Positions 22,234 to 30,242 of a DNA stretch of 32,000 nt are shown one piece after another (the stretch's first letter is position 1; each line of letters begins with the position of its first letter). Both the position numbers and the translations under genes were made by a program. The stretch is from Gammaproteobacteria bacterium (GTDB lineage Bacteria > Pseudomonadota > Gammaproteobacteria > DSM-19610). The stretch covers positions 1,959-33,958 of the forward strand of contig DRQL01000280.1 of the NCBI GenBank assembly GCA_011371465.1, given 5' to 3'. A model generated the notes under the pieces. The model was not told where the DNA came from and did not search any database. It saw nothing but the letters and a program-made list of their open reading frames with translations.

Positions 22234-22263
22234 TATATCGGTCACATGCCTCAACTCTTTAAA
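22234..22263 (-). promoter_or_regulatory. Candidate FliA (sigma28) promoter for aer
   Basis: The minus strand reads TAAAGAGT-N11-ACCGATAT, against the consensus TAAAGTTT-N11-GCCGATAA. It lies ~140 nt upstream of the aer ATG. Confidence 0.55.
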
Positions 22264-22304
22264 ACAACACAAAAAATCCTGAAATAAAGGAACAACGGCG
22301 GGTG

Positions 22305-22321
22305 GCTGGAGGCGCTCCAGC
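22305..22321 (-). terminator. Weak stem-loop downstream of speA (possible terminator/insulator before the aer promoter)
   Basis: GCTGGAG-GCG-CTCCAGC forms a 7-bp stem, 65 nt after the speA stop. On the minus strand, T-rich sequence (CCTTTATTTC) appears only ~14 nt later, so this is not a canonical intrinsic terminator. Confidence 0.3.
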
Positions 22322-22386
22322 TGATGCGGGAATCGCGCGCACGGCGTAGCGCATTGTCCAGCGGGCTGTTTTCGAACCGAAAGCGC

Positions 22387-24291
22387 TCAGCCGGGGAGTT
22401 CCCAGTCTTTATGATAGGTATACCCGGTCAGTCCGGATTCCAGCTCCGCCAGCACCCGTCGTGCCTCGTCACCGGCCAGGCCGGCATCCTCAACACGCTG
22501 CCGGTAGGCAGCGCGCAGCCGGTCCGGTTCAAAATGGACGTACGCCAGCAACTCATCCACCCGGTCACCGGGCTGGGCCAGGTCCAGGTCCAGGGTAAAA
22601 GAGGCATCGCCATGAATCTCCAGGTTCACGGCATCGGTATCCCCAAACAGGTTGTGCATATCGCCGAGGATCTCCTGGTAGGCACCCAGCAGGAAGAAAC
22701 CCAGCAGGTAGGGTTCACCGGGCCGTACGGTGTGCAGCGACAAACTTTCGCGTATACCCTCACCCTCGACGTAATAGTCGATGCGGCCATCCGAATCGCA
22801 GGTCAGGTCTTCCAGCACGACGCGCCGGTCGGGCCGTTCATCCAGGCGCTGCAGGGGTACAACGGGGAATACCTGCTCAATGGCCCAGACATCCGGCATG
22901 GACTGGAACACCGACAGGTTGCAGAACACCTTGTCGGTCAGGGTGCGCTCCAGCTCTGCGCTCAACCGGTGCCGCTCCCTGCGGCCCGCTGCGAGCCGGT
23001 CTGCCAGGCGCCTGAGAATCGCGAAGTAATACTGCTCGGCAAGGGCGCGCTGGGCGAGATTGACGTAGCCCTGGCAATAGGCCTGCTGAACCGTTTCCAG
23101 CGCCCGCGCAGCCCGGGCAAGCACTTCCTCTTCGCTGCCGTGCGCCAGCTGCTGAAAAACCTGCTCCAGACTACGCACACTGTCCGGCACCACTTCCGGC
23201 ATGGGTGGTGGTTCCTCCTCTCCCGTCACCTGCTCGGTGTCGATCACATTGGTCATCAGGATCGCGTGGTGAGCCGTCAGGGCACGGCCGGATTCGGTGA
23301 CCAGGTCCGGGTGTGGCAGGTCGTTCTCGTCACACAGCTCGTGCAGTACGCTGACTACCAGGTCGGCATAGGCTTCCAGGCTGTAATCCATGGAACAGAA
23401 ACTGCGCGAGGCCGTACCCTCGTAGTCCACACCCAGCCCGCCACCGACGTCCACCGTGCGAACCGGTACCCCCAGCGCATGCAGCTCGGCGTAGAAACGG
23501 GCCGCCTCCTGCAGGCCGTGGCGGATATCGCTCAGGCTGGCCAGCTGTGAACCGAGGTGAGAATGCAGCAACTGCAGGCAGTCCAGCATACCTTCCTCGC
23601 GCAGGCGTTCTACCAACAGCAACACCTGTGCAGCGTGCAGTCCGAACTTGGATTTCGCACCGCCGCTGTTCTGCCAGTTGCCCGTACCGATCGAGGCCAG
23701 CCGTACCCGCACACCCAGCAACGGCCGGACCTGCAGTGCCCGCGCCTGCCGGATGACCTGTTCCAGCTCCGACAGCTTTTCGATCACCAGGTAGACCGAC
23801 AGGCCCAGCTTGCGTCCGATCAGGCCGAGACGAATATACTCCCGGTCCTTGTAGCCGTTGCAGATCACCAGGCCGCCGGGGCTTGCCAGGCCCAGCACCG
23901 CCATCAGTTCGGACTTGCTGCCGGCCTCCAGACCGACCCGTTCCGCACCGTGTTCCAGGAGGGTGTTGACCACGCTGAACTGCTGGTTGACCTTGACCGG
24001 GTAGGCGGCCCGGTACTTCCCGCGGTAGGCATGCTTTGCACAGCAGCGGTCAAACGCATCGACCAGCCGGTCCAGGCGCTGCCTGAGAATATTGTTGCAA
24101 CGTACCAGCACCGGCCAGCGCAAACCGGCGCGTTGCAGTTGTGCGGCAACCTCGAGCAGGTCGACCTCCACGGTTTCATCTGCGGCCGCCAGCCGGACCG
24201 TCAGGTGCCCGTACCGGTTGATGTCAAAATAACCATCACCCCAGCCGCGCAGGTGGTAACGCTCGCGGGACGCATCGATTGACCAGTTCAT
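22387..24291 (-). CDS. speA: Biosynthetic arginine decarboxylase
   Basis: The 634-aa product starts MNWSIDASRERYHLRGWGDGYF, a typical SpeA N-terminus. PLP-lysine region (AAYPVKVNQQ) and the VDVGGGLGVDYEG motif are present. Confidence 0.95.
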   Translation of the reverse strand: MNWSIDASRERYHLRGWGDGYFDINRYGHLTVRLAAADETVEVDLLEVAAQLQRAGLRWPVLVRCNNILRQRLDRLVDAFDRCCAKHAYRGKYRAAYPVKVNQQFSVVNTLLEHGAERVGLEAGSKSELMAVLGLASPGGLVICNGYKDREYIRLGLIGRKLGLSVYLVIEKLSELEQVIRQARALQVRPLLGVRVRLASIGTGNWQNSGGAKSKFGLHAAQVLLLVERLREEGMLDCLQLLHSHLGSQLASLSDIRHGLQEAARFYAELHALGVPVRTVDVGGGLGVDYEGTASRSFCSMDYSLEAYADLVVSVLHELCDENDLPHPDLVTESGRALTAHHAILMTNVIDTEQVTGEEEPPPMPEVVPDSVRSLEQVFQQLAHGSEEEVLARAARALETVQQAYCQGYVNLAQRALAEQYYFAILRRLADRLAAGRRERHRLSAELERTLTDKVFCNLSVFQSMPDVWAIEQVFPVVPLQRLDERPDRRVVLEDLTCDSDGRIDYYVEGEGIRESLSLHTVRPGEPYLLGFFLLGAYQEILGDMHNLFGDTDAVNLEIHGDASFTLDLDLAQPGDRVDELLAYVHFEPDRLRAAYRQRVEDAGLAGDEARRVLAELESGLTGYTYHKDWELPG

Positions 24292-24384
24292 GCTGTAGCC
24301 TGGCGTTGCCAGTGACCCCGCCTGTAGAGTGTAAGGACGCGGGGTAGTATATTGGAAAACCCGTTAACGGCCCCAATTAATCGT

Positions 24385-25233
24385 ATGAAACCTGTCAACT
24401 CCGAATGGTTCACCGAGTACTGCGAGGAAGGCGGCTCTGCTTTCAGCCTGCAGCTGAAAGAAAAACTGCACGATGAAACCACGCCGTACCAGCGCATCGA
24501 AATCTATGCCACCACGCACTTCGGCAACCTGATGGTGATCGATGGTTTTGTGATGCTCACTGCCCGGGACAATTTTCTCTACCACGAAATGATGTCCCAC
24601 CCGGCCCTGTTCACCCACCCGCAGCCACGCCGGGTGACCATCATCGGTGGCGGTGACTGCGGCACGCTACGCGAAGTACTCAAACACCCCGGCATCGGGC
24701 ACGTGGTGCAGGTGGAAATCGACGAACGGGTAACCCGGCTGTCCGAACAGTATTTTCCCGAACTGTGCGAATCCAACCGGGATGCGCGTGTCCGCTTCGA
24801 TTTCGGCGACGGTATCCGGCGCATGAAAGAAGCCGGCGCGGGCAGCGTCGATGTCATTATCGTGGACAGCACCGACCCCATCGGCCCGGCAAAAGGGCTG
24901 TTCACGGAAGATTTTTACCGCGACTGTTACCACGCGCTCGGTAGTGACGGTGTGCTGGTTCAGCAGAGTGAATCCCCCCTGCTGCATTACGACAGTATTA
25001 TCCGGCCCATGCACCGGGCCATGCGCGCGGCCGGTTTCAGTGACAGTATCAGCCTGCAGTTTCCCCAGCCCTGCTACCCGTCCGGCTGGTGGACCGCCAC
25101 GCTGGCGGGCAAAAAAAGCGTCCGGGAGTTTCGCAGCGGGGACGCCGGCAAGAAACCGTTTCCGACCCGCTACTATAATGCCGCCATCCACCAGGGCGCA
25201 CTGGCACAGCCGGAGTTTTTCCTGACCGGCTGA
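24385..25233 (+). CDS. speE: Spermidine synthase (polyamine aminopropyltransferase)
   Basis: LYHEMMSHPAL, IIGGGDCGTLREV, VEIDERV and IIVDSTDPIGPA motifs. The ATG at 24385 (MKPVNSEWFTE...) is preferred over the TTG at 24352 used by the ORF track. Neither start has a convincing SD. Confidence 0.9.
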   Translation: MKPVNSEWFTEYCEEGGSAFSLQLKEKLHDETTPYQRIEIYATTHFGNLMVIDGFVMLTARDNFLYHEMMSHPALFTHPQPRRVTIIGGGDCGTLREVLKHPGIGHVVQVEIDERVTRLSEQYFPELCESNRDARVRFDFGDGIRRMKEAGAGSVDVIIVDSTDPIGPAKGLFTEDFYRDCYHALGSDGVLVQQSESPLLHYDSIIRPMHRAMRAAGFSDSISLQFPQPCYPSGWWTATLAGKKSVREFRSGDAGKKPFPTRYYNAAIHQGALAQPEFFLTG

Positions 25234-25245
25234 AACCGGCTGATT

Positions 25246-25698
25246 TCAGCCGCACCAGCGGGTCACCCGATCCTGCGCACGCTGCATCAGTTCGGCGCGC
25301 TGCTGGTCCGACAGGTAGACCCGTTGACCGTCCTGGTCCAGGTTATAGATACGGCGGTAACTGTTGTAGCGGCGTATGTCATCGCGTGCCCGGTTACATT
25401 TCCTGATGCGTTTTTCCTCGGCTGCCTGCTCGGCTGCCCGCTGCTCGCGCTTCTGCCGGCGCTCGAGCTGGTAGGCGTTCAGCAGTTTGCGGGTTTTCTC
25501 CATGCGATCCTGAGACCTGTCCCGGGCGGCGCCTGGATTCGAGTAGGACTTCAGGACCTGTGATTTCGCCCCACGCTGCTGGTCCGTGTAATGGACCTGG
25601 CCGTTGTCGTCCACCCAGCGGTAGGTATCGGCCAGCGGGCTGCCGCCGGCGCACAGCAGGAAAACAGCGAACAGTTTGTGGCAATACCCGGTCTGCAT
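25246..25698 (-). CDS. DUF4124 domain-containing exported protein
   Basis: Signal-like N-terminus (LFAVFLLCAGGSPLA), then the DUF4124 signature YRWVDDNGQVHYTDQ and a basic, coiled C-terminal half. Confidence 0.75.
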   Translation of the reverse strand: MQTGYCHKLFAVFLLCAGGSPLADTYRWVDDNGQVHYTDQQRGAKSQVLKSYSNPGAARDRSQDRMEKTRKLLNAYQLERRQKREQRAAEQAAEEKRIRKCNRARDDIRRYNSYRRIYNLDQDGQRVYLSDQQRAELMQRAQDRVTRWCG

Positions 25699-25705
25699 GC
25701 CACAG

Positions 25706-26494
25706 TTATCGCTGCAGGCGGTCCAACCTTAAGCGCTGCCGCGCATCGAACAGCCGGCGCACCCCCAGGTGCACGGCGGCCATGGTCCCGAAACCGGCGC
25801 CGCCCGCAATCAGAAACATGATCAGAATCTGGTACTTGACGGCCTCCACCGGCTCTGCACCGGCCAGGATCTGGCCGGTCATCATGCCTGGCAGACTGAC
25901 GATCCCGGCGGCCGCCATGGCGTTGATAATAGGAATGAGGCCGCTGCGGAACACCTGTTGGCGAATATCGGTCATGGCTTCCTGCGCGCTGTGGCCCAGC
26001 ATCAGGCGCGCCTCGATCACCGCGCGCTGTTCCCAGGCCGACTGGGTCAGGCGGTCCAGCGCCAGCGCAATACCGTTCATGGTATTGCCCAGTAACATGC
26101 CAAGCAGGGGAATGGCATATTGCGGCTGGTACCAGGGCTCGTTACCGACCACCACCAGCAAGGCAAACAGCGCCACGGTAAAGGACGACACGAACATCGA
26201 AACCACACCGATGCTGTACCCCCAGCGCCCGGCAAACCGCCGGTGCTGGCGAGCCATCACTTCCCGACCGGCGATCAGCAACATCAGCAACGATATCAGC
26301 GTCACCCACAGCAGGTTGCTGTTGGCAAACAGCGCTTTCAGCACCAGCCCGACCAGCGTGAGCTGGATGGCGGTACGCAGGGCGGCCACCAGCAGCTGCC
26401 GGGCAATGCCCGGGTAGATACGCATCGAGCTGAGCGCCAGCGCCAGCACCAGCAGCGCGGCCAGCGCCAGATCGGTGTGGCTCAACTGGATCAT
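25706..26494 (-). CDS. fetB: Iron export ABC transporter permease FetB (UPF0014/YbbM family)
   Basis: Multi-TM protein with VSLPGMMTGQILAGAEPVEAVKYQI, matching the E. coli FetB motif VSLPGMMSGLIFAGIDPVKAIKYQI. Its start overlaps the fetA stop (ATGA). Confidence 0.85.
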   Translation of the reverse strand: MIQLSHTDLALAALLVLALALSSMRIYPGIARQLLVAALRTAIQLTLVGLVLKALFANSNLLWVTLISLLMLLIAGREVMARQHRRFAGRWGYSIGVVSMFVSSFTVALFALLVVVGNEPWYQPQYAIPLLGMLLGNTMNGIALALDRLTQSAWEQRAVIEARLMLGHSAQEAMTDIRQQVFRSGLIPIINAMAAAGIVSLPGMMTGQILAGAEPVEAVKYQILIMFLIAGGAGFGTMAAVHLGVRRLFDARQRLRLDRLQR

Positions 26495-27090
26495 GCCGCA
26501 GCCTCCAGCAAACCATGGCTGTCCAGCACCAGCACGCGGTCCGCAATGCGCGCTGTCTGCGCCTGGTCATGGGTTACCCACAGGCAGGCCGCCCGGTGCG
26601 CCTGCAGCCAGGCGCGCACGATGCTTTCGACCTTCCCGGTATTGACCGGGTCCAGGTTGGCCGTCGGCTCGTCCAGCAGCAGCACTTCCGGTTCATTGGC
26701 CAGCAACCTTGCCAGTGCGAGACGCTGACGTTCACCACTGGACAAGCGCTCCACCCGCCAGCCGGCCACCTCTTCTCCAAACCCGAGCTGACTGAACATC
26801 GCCGGCTGCGCATCGGGGAAATGATCGCCCACCAGCGGCGCCCACCAGCGGCTTTCGGCGGGCAGGTACGCCACCCGCCTGCGCCACTCTGCCGGCGGGA
26901 CCTGCTCGCGACTGACCGCCCCCAGACACACGCGGCCGGCACTGACATCCAGGTCTGCCAGCGCGCGCAACAACAGCGTCTTGCCGGAACCGCTGGGACC
27001 GGACAGGCAGACCAGTTCACCGGGATCCAGGCTGAAAGAAATGTCGCTCAAACCGGAACGCGACAGGTGACTGACTTCGAACAGGGACAT
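26491..27090 (-). CDS. fetA: ABC transporter ATP-binding protein FetA (YbbL-like)
   Basis: Walker A GPSGSGKT, ABC signature LSSGERQR and Walker B LLLDEP. Short (199 aa) single NBD coupled to fetB. Confidence 0.85.
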   Translation of the reverse strand: MSLFEVSHLSRSGLSDISFSLDPGELVCLSGPSGSGKTLLLRALADLDVSAGRVCLGAVSREQVPPAEWRRRVAYLPAESRWWAPLVGDHFPDAQPAMFSQLGFGEEVAGWRVERLSSGERQRLALARLLANEPEVLLLDEPTANLDPVNTGKVESIVRAWLQAHRAACLWVTHDQAQTARIADRVLVLDSHGLLEAAA

Positions 27091-27112
27091 AGACCTATAA
27101 TAGTATGACAGA

Positions 27113-27139
27113 CAAAAAAACGGGCGCCGAAGCGCCCGT
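27113..27139 (-). terminator. Rho-independent terminator of the glnK-amtB operon
   Basis: The minus strand reads ACGGGCGC-TTCG-GCGCCCGT, an 8-bp GC stem with a tetraloop, followed by TTTTTTT. It begins 34 nt after the amtB stop. Confidence 0.85.
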
Positions 27140-27172
27140 CGTAACGACTACCTGGCTGGTAAAAGCCGGGTA

Positions 27173-28447
27173 TCAGAGGCCGGAACCGCGAGATCCTGTA
27201 AACTCGGGGTACGCCTCCATACCACATTCAGAGAGGTCGACACCTTCAAACTCTTCTTCCTCACTGACGCGGATTCCCATGACCATCTTGATCACCATCC
27301 AGACAATCAGGCTGGCCACGAAGGTCCACACAAAGATGGTAGCCAGACCGGTCAGCTGAGCTGTCATGGTAGCCTCTTCGTTGGTCAATGCAACCGCAAT
27401 GAGACCCCACATGCCAACCACACCATGCACGGAGATGGCACCGACCGGGTCGTCGATCCTCATCTTGTCCAGGGTCAGGATCGACAGCACCACCAGCACG
27501 CCACCCACGGCACCGACCGCAGTCGCCACCAGCGGTGTGGGCGCCAGCGGCTCGGCCGTGATCGCAACCAGGCCGGCCAGTGCGCCGTTGAGCGCCATGG
27601 TCAGGTCGGTCTTGCCGAACATGGCGCGTGCCGTCAGCATGGCCGCGACCACGCCACCGGCAGCCGCCATATTGGTGTTTACGAACACCATGGCAACCGC
27701 GTTGGCTTCATCCACATTGGTCAGGACCAGCTCGGAACCACCGTTGAACCCGAACCACCCCAGCCACAGGATGAAGGTACCCAGCGTGGCCAGTGGCATG
27801 TTGGCGCCCGGTATGGGATGAATCTCGCCATTGGGACCGTATTTGCCTTTGCGTGCGCCCAGCAACAGGACACCGGCCAGCGCAGCCGTCGCGCCACACA
27901 GGTGAACGATGCCGGAACCGGCAAAATCGTTGAATCCCAGTTCGTCCAGGAACCCGCCGCCCCACTTCCAGTAACCCTGCATGGGATAGATGAAGCCGGT
28001 CATGGCGACTGCAAAGACCAGGAAAGCCCACAGTTTCATACGCTCCGCAACGGCACCCGATACGATGGACATGGCGGTTGCCACGAACACGACCTGGAAG
28101 AAGAAGTCCGACATGCTGGAGTAGTAACTGCCGTCGTACCACTCCTCCGGGTTCTGCGCCAGCACTTCTGCGGCGACGTTGTCAGCGCCCAGCAGGAAAC
28201 TGACACCCGGCCAGTAGGCGTTGACCGCCTCGCCCGGGTACATGATGTTGTAACCCACCAGCATGTACATGATGCTGGCAATCGCATACAGGGCAATGTT
28301 CTTGGTCAGAATCTCCGCCGTGTTCTTGGAACGGACCAGCCCGGCTTCGAGCATGGAAAAACCGGCCGCCATCCACATGACGAGCGCGCCGGATACGAGG
28401 AAATAAAACGTATCCAGCGCATATTTAGTTTCTAGAATTGCTTCCAC
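27173..28447 (-). CDS. amtB: Ammonium transporter
   Basis: GTG start. Amt family motifs (AGFSMLEAGLVRSKN, FAGSGIVHLCGA, VHGVVGMWG). Located directly downstream of glnK. Confidence 0.95.
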   Translation of the reverse strand: MEAILETKYALDTFYFLVSGALVMWMAAGFSMLEAGLVRSKNTAEILTKNIALYAIASIMYMLVGYNIMYPGEAVNAYWPGVSFLLGADNVAAEVLAQNPEEWYDGSYYSSMSDFFFQVVFVATAMSIVSGAVAERMKLWAFLVFAVAMTGFIYPMQGYWKWGGGFLDELGFNDFAGSGIVHLCGATAALAGVLLLGARKGKYGPNGEIHPIPGANMPLATLGTFILWLGWFGFNGGSELVLTNVDEANAVAMVFVNTNMAAAGGVVAAMLTARAMFGKTDLTMALNGALAGLVAITAEPLAPTPLVATAVGAVGGVLVVLSILTLDKMRIDDPVGAISVHGVVGMWGLIAVALTNEEATMTAQLTGLATIFVWTFVASLIVWMVIKMVMGIRVSEEEEFEGVDLSECGMEAYPEFTGSRGSGL

Positions 28448-28489
28448 TTTTCGATCCTCCGCAACGTTATCAGCTGCTTGTTGGATTGA

Positions 28490-28875
<386 letters not shown>

Positions 28876-28899
28876 CAGTACTTGCGGTAAATAGTCGAC

Positions 28900-29625
28900 T
28901 CAGAAGTCTTTGGCCCAACCGATCCAGAACTTGGGATTGTCATCGCTGACCAGGTCATTTGCGTCGTCGACCTGTTCGTAGTTCACACTCACGGAACCGA
29001 AGTCACCGGCGTCCTTGGCGACGCTGATACCCCAGTGGGTATAGTTGAAGTCACTGGCCGGACCATCACCGTCGGAATCAAACTGGTAGGTGCCGATAAA
29101 GGCGGAAGGTGCAAAACCTTCGTAGTCCCAGCCCGGATCGATACCGAGGTTGTAATAGACGTCGCCGCTGTCAAACGCGCGCGGGGTATTCTGGCTTTCG
29201 ACTTCACCCCAGTAGGTGTAGGAAATGCTGCCGGTGATCCACTGCCAGCTCAGGCTGCCGTAGAGTTCCGCGTAGTCGATATCACCGCCCTGCTGCTCAC
29301 CGCCGGCACCCGGGTACCAGTAGTAAATGGTGCCGACGTCATAGCTGAGACCGGTATCGCCGATGTCGCTGCCAAAACCGGCATACAGATCGATTTCAGT
29401 GCTTTCCTTGCCGCCGAAGTCTACGTTGGACATCCAGGTGCCGACATACAGGCCGGAATCGTGGCTGTAATCGATACCACCCTGAATTGCGGCGCTATCG
29501 TCAGTCTGTGAAATACCGCGGAAGTAATAGTTACTGACCGTGGCAATATTGGCGCTCAGTTCAGCCTGGGCGACACCTGCGCTGGCCAGCAGCGCTGCCG
29601 CGATCATGGTCTTGGATACATTCAT
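28900..29625 (-). CDS. TorF-family putative outer-membrane porin (Gcw_chp family)
   Basis: Signal peptide MNVSKTMIAAALLASAGVAQA. The family-typical start of the mature protein is present (ELSANIATVSNYYFRGISQTDDSAAIQGGIDY...GLYVGTWMSNVDF), with a C-terminal ...GWAKDF. AGGAG Shine-Dalgarno. This family commonly sits upstream of glnK-amtB. Confidence 0.82.
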   Translation of the reverse strand: MNVSKTMIAAALLASAGVAQAELSANIATVSNYYFRGISQTDDSAAIQGGIDYSHDSGLYVGTWMSNVDFGGKESTEIDLYAGFGSDIGDTGLSYDVGTIYYWYPGAGGEQQGGDIDYAELYGSLSWQWITGSISYTYWGEVESQNTPRAFDSGDVYYNLGIDPGWDYEGFAPSAFIGTYQFDSDGDGPASDFNYTHWGISVAKDAGDFGSVSVNYEQVDDANDLVSDDNPKFWIGWAKDF

Positions 29626-29721
29626 GGTAAGGACTCCTATTTCCTTTTATTAAATGACATGGGTAACAGTCTTTTGCCTGCGGGCATGCATACCGCCCAC
29701 AGCAGGCGTACGCAATGCTTT

Positions 29722-29737
29722 AGCAGTTCCTGTGCCA
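29722..29737 (-). promoter_or_regulatory. Sigma54 (RpoN) -24/-12 promoter for porin-glnK-amtB
   Basis: The minus strand reads TGGCAC-AGGAA-CTGCT, against the consensus TGGCAC-N5-TTGCW. GG and GC have the exact spacing. It lies ~95 nt upstream of the porin ATG. Confidence 0.7.
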
Positions 29738-29800
29738 GCCTGTTAAAACTTTATAATTCAACAAGTAATGATATTTCCGGCGCCACTGCCCGGCGGGCCG

Positions 29801-29858
29801 CGCACCAAACTGGTGACCTCAATCTGTGCGCACCGCTTTTGTGCACCAGAAATGTGCG
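29801..29858. promoter_or_regulatory. Three NtrC-type enhancer sites (TGCACC-N5-GGTGCA-like)
   Basis: The sites are CGCACC-AAACT-GGTGAC (29801-29817), CGCACC-GCTTT-TGTGCA (29829-29845) and TGCACC-AGAAA-TGTGCG (29842-29858). They lie ~75-125 bp upstream of the sigma54 promoter, separated from it by an AT-rich tract (29742-29778). Confidence 0.62.
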
Positions 29859-29963
29859 CGCGGGCCACGACCAGAATACCGGCGCAGCCCGGACGGCGTT
29901 CTCCCACCACCGGCGAGTGTCCGTATCTGGACGCCGCCGGCACGCTCGGCTATGGTTGCCCGC

Positions 29964-30215
29964 ATGCTTGACCCCAAACTGCTCGATGACATTGCCAGGC
30001 GGCTGACCGGCGCCATGCCGCCCGCGGCCAGGGAACTCCAGGCCGACCTGGAAAAAAACCTGCGCGCGGCCGTACAGTCCGTGTTTGCCCGGCTGGATCT
30101 GGTCACGCGCGAGGAATTCGACGTGCAGACCAAAGTGCTGGCACGCTCGCGGGCAAAACTGGAGCAGCTGGAAAAGCAGGTTGCAGAGCTGGAAGCCGCA
30201 CTGCTGAAAAAATAG
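29964..30215 (+). CDS. ubiK: Ubiquinone biosynthesis accessory factor UbiK (YqiC/BMFP family)
   Basis: The ATG at 29964 gives MLDPKLLDDIARRL...RLDLVTREEFDVQTKVLARSRAKLEQLE, colinear with E. coli UbiK (MIDPKKIEQIARQV...RLDLVSREEFDVQTQVL). The track ORF start at 29826 would add an Arg/Pro-rich extension lying over the NtrC sites. Confidence 0.88.
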   Translation: MLDPKLLDDIARRLTGAMPPAARELQADLEKNLRAAVQSVFARLDLVTREEFDVQTKVLARSRAKLEQLEKQVAELEAALLKK

Positions 30216-30242
30216 TTCTTCATAATTCCAGGGAAGGAATGT

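Noticed and set aside
29655-29696. A 13-codon upstream ORF (MHARRQKTVTHVI) and a GCCTGC...GCAGGC stem in the leader of the porin-glnK-amtB operon.
   Set aside because: The uORF has no SD and no obvious regulatory logic, such as codons relevant to nitrogen status. The evidence is too weak to call a leader peptide or attenuator.
29826-29963. A longer UbiK ORF starting at 29826, as in the ORF track.
   Set aside because: The extra 46 residues are Arg/Pro-rich and have no counterpart in UbiK/YqiC. They also overlie the NtrC-type sites of the divergent operon. The ATG at 29964 gives an N-terminus colinear with E. coli UbiK.
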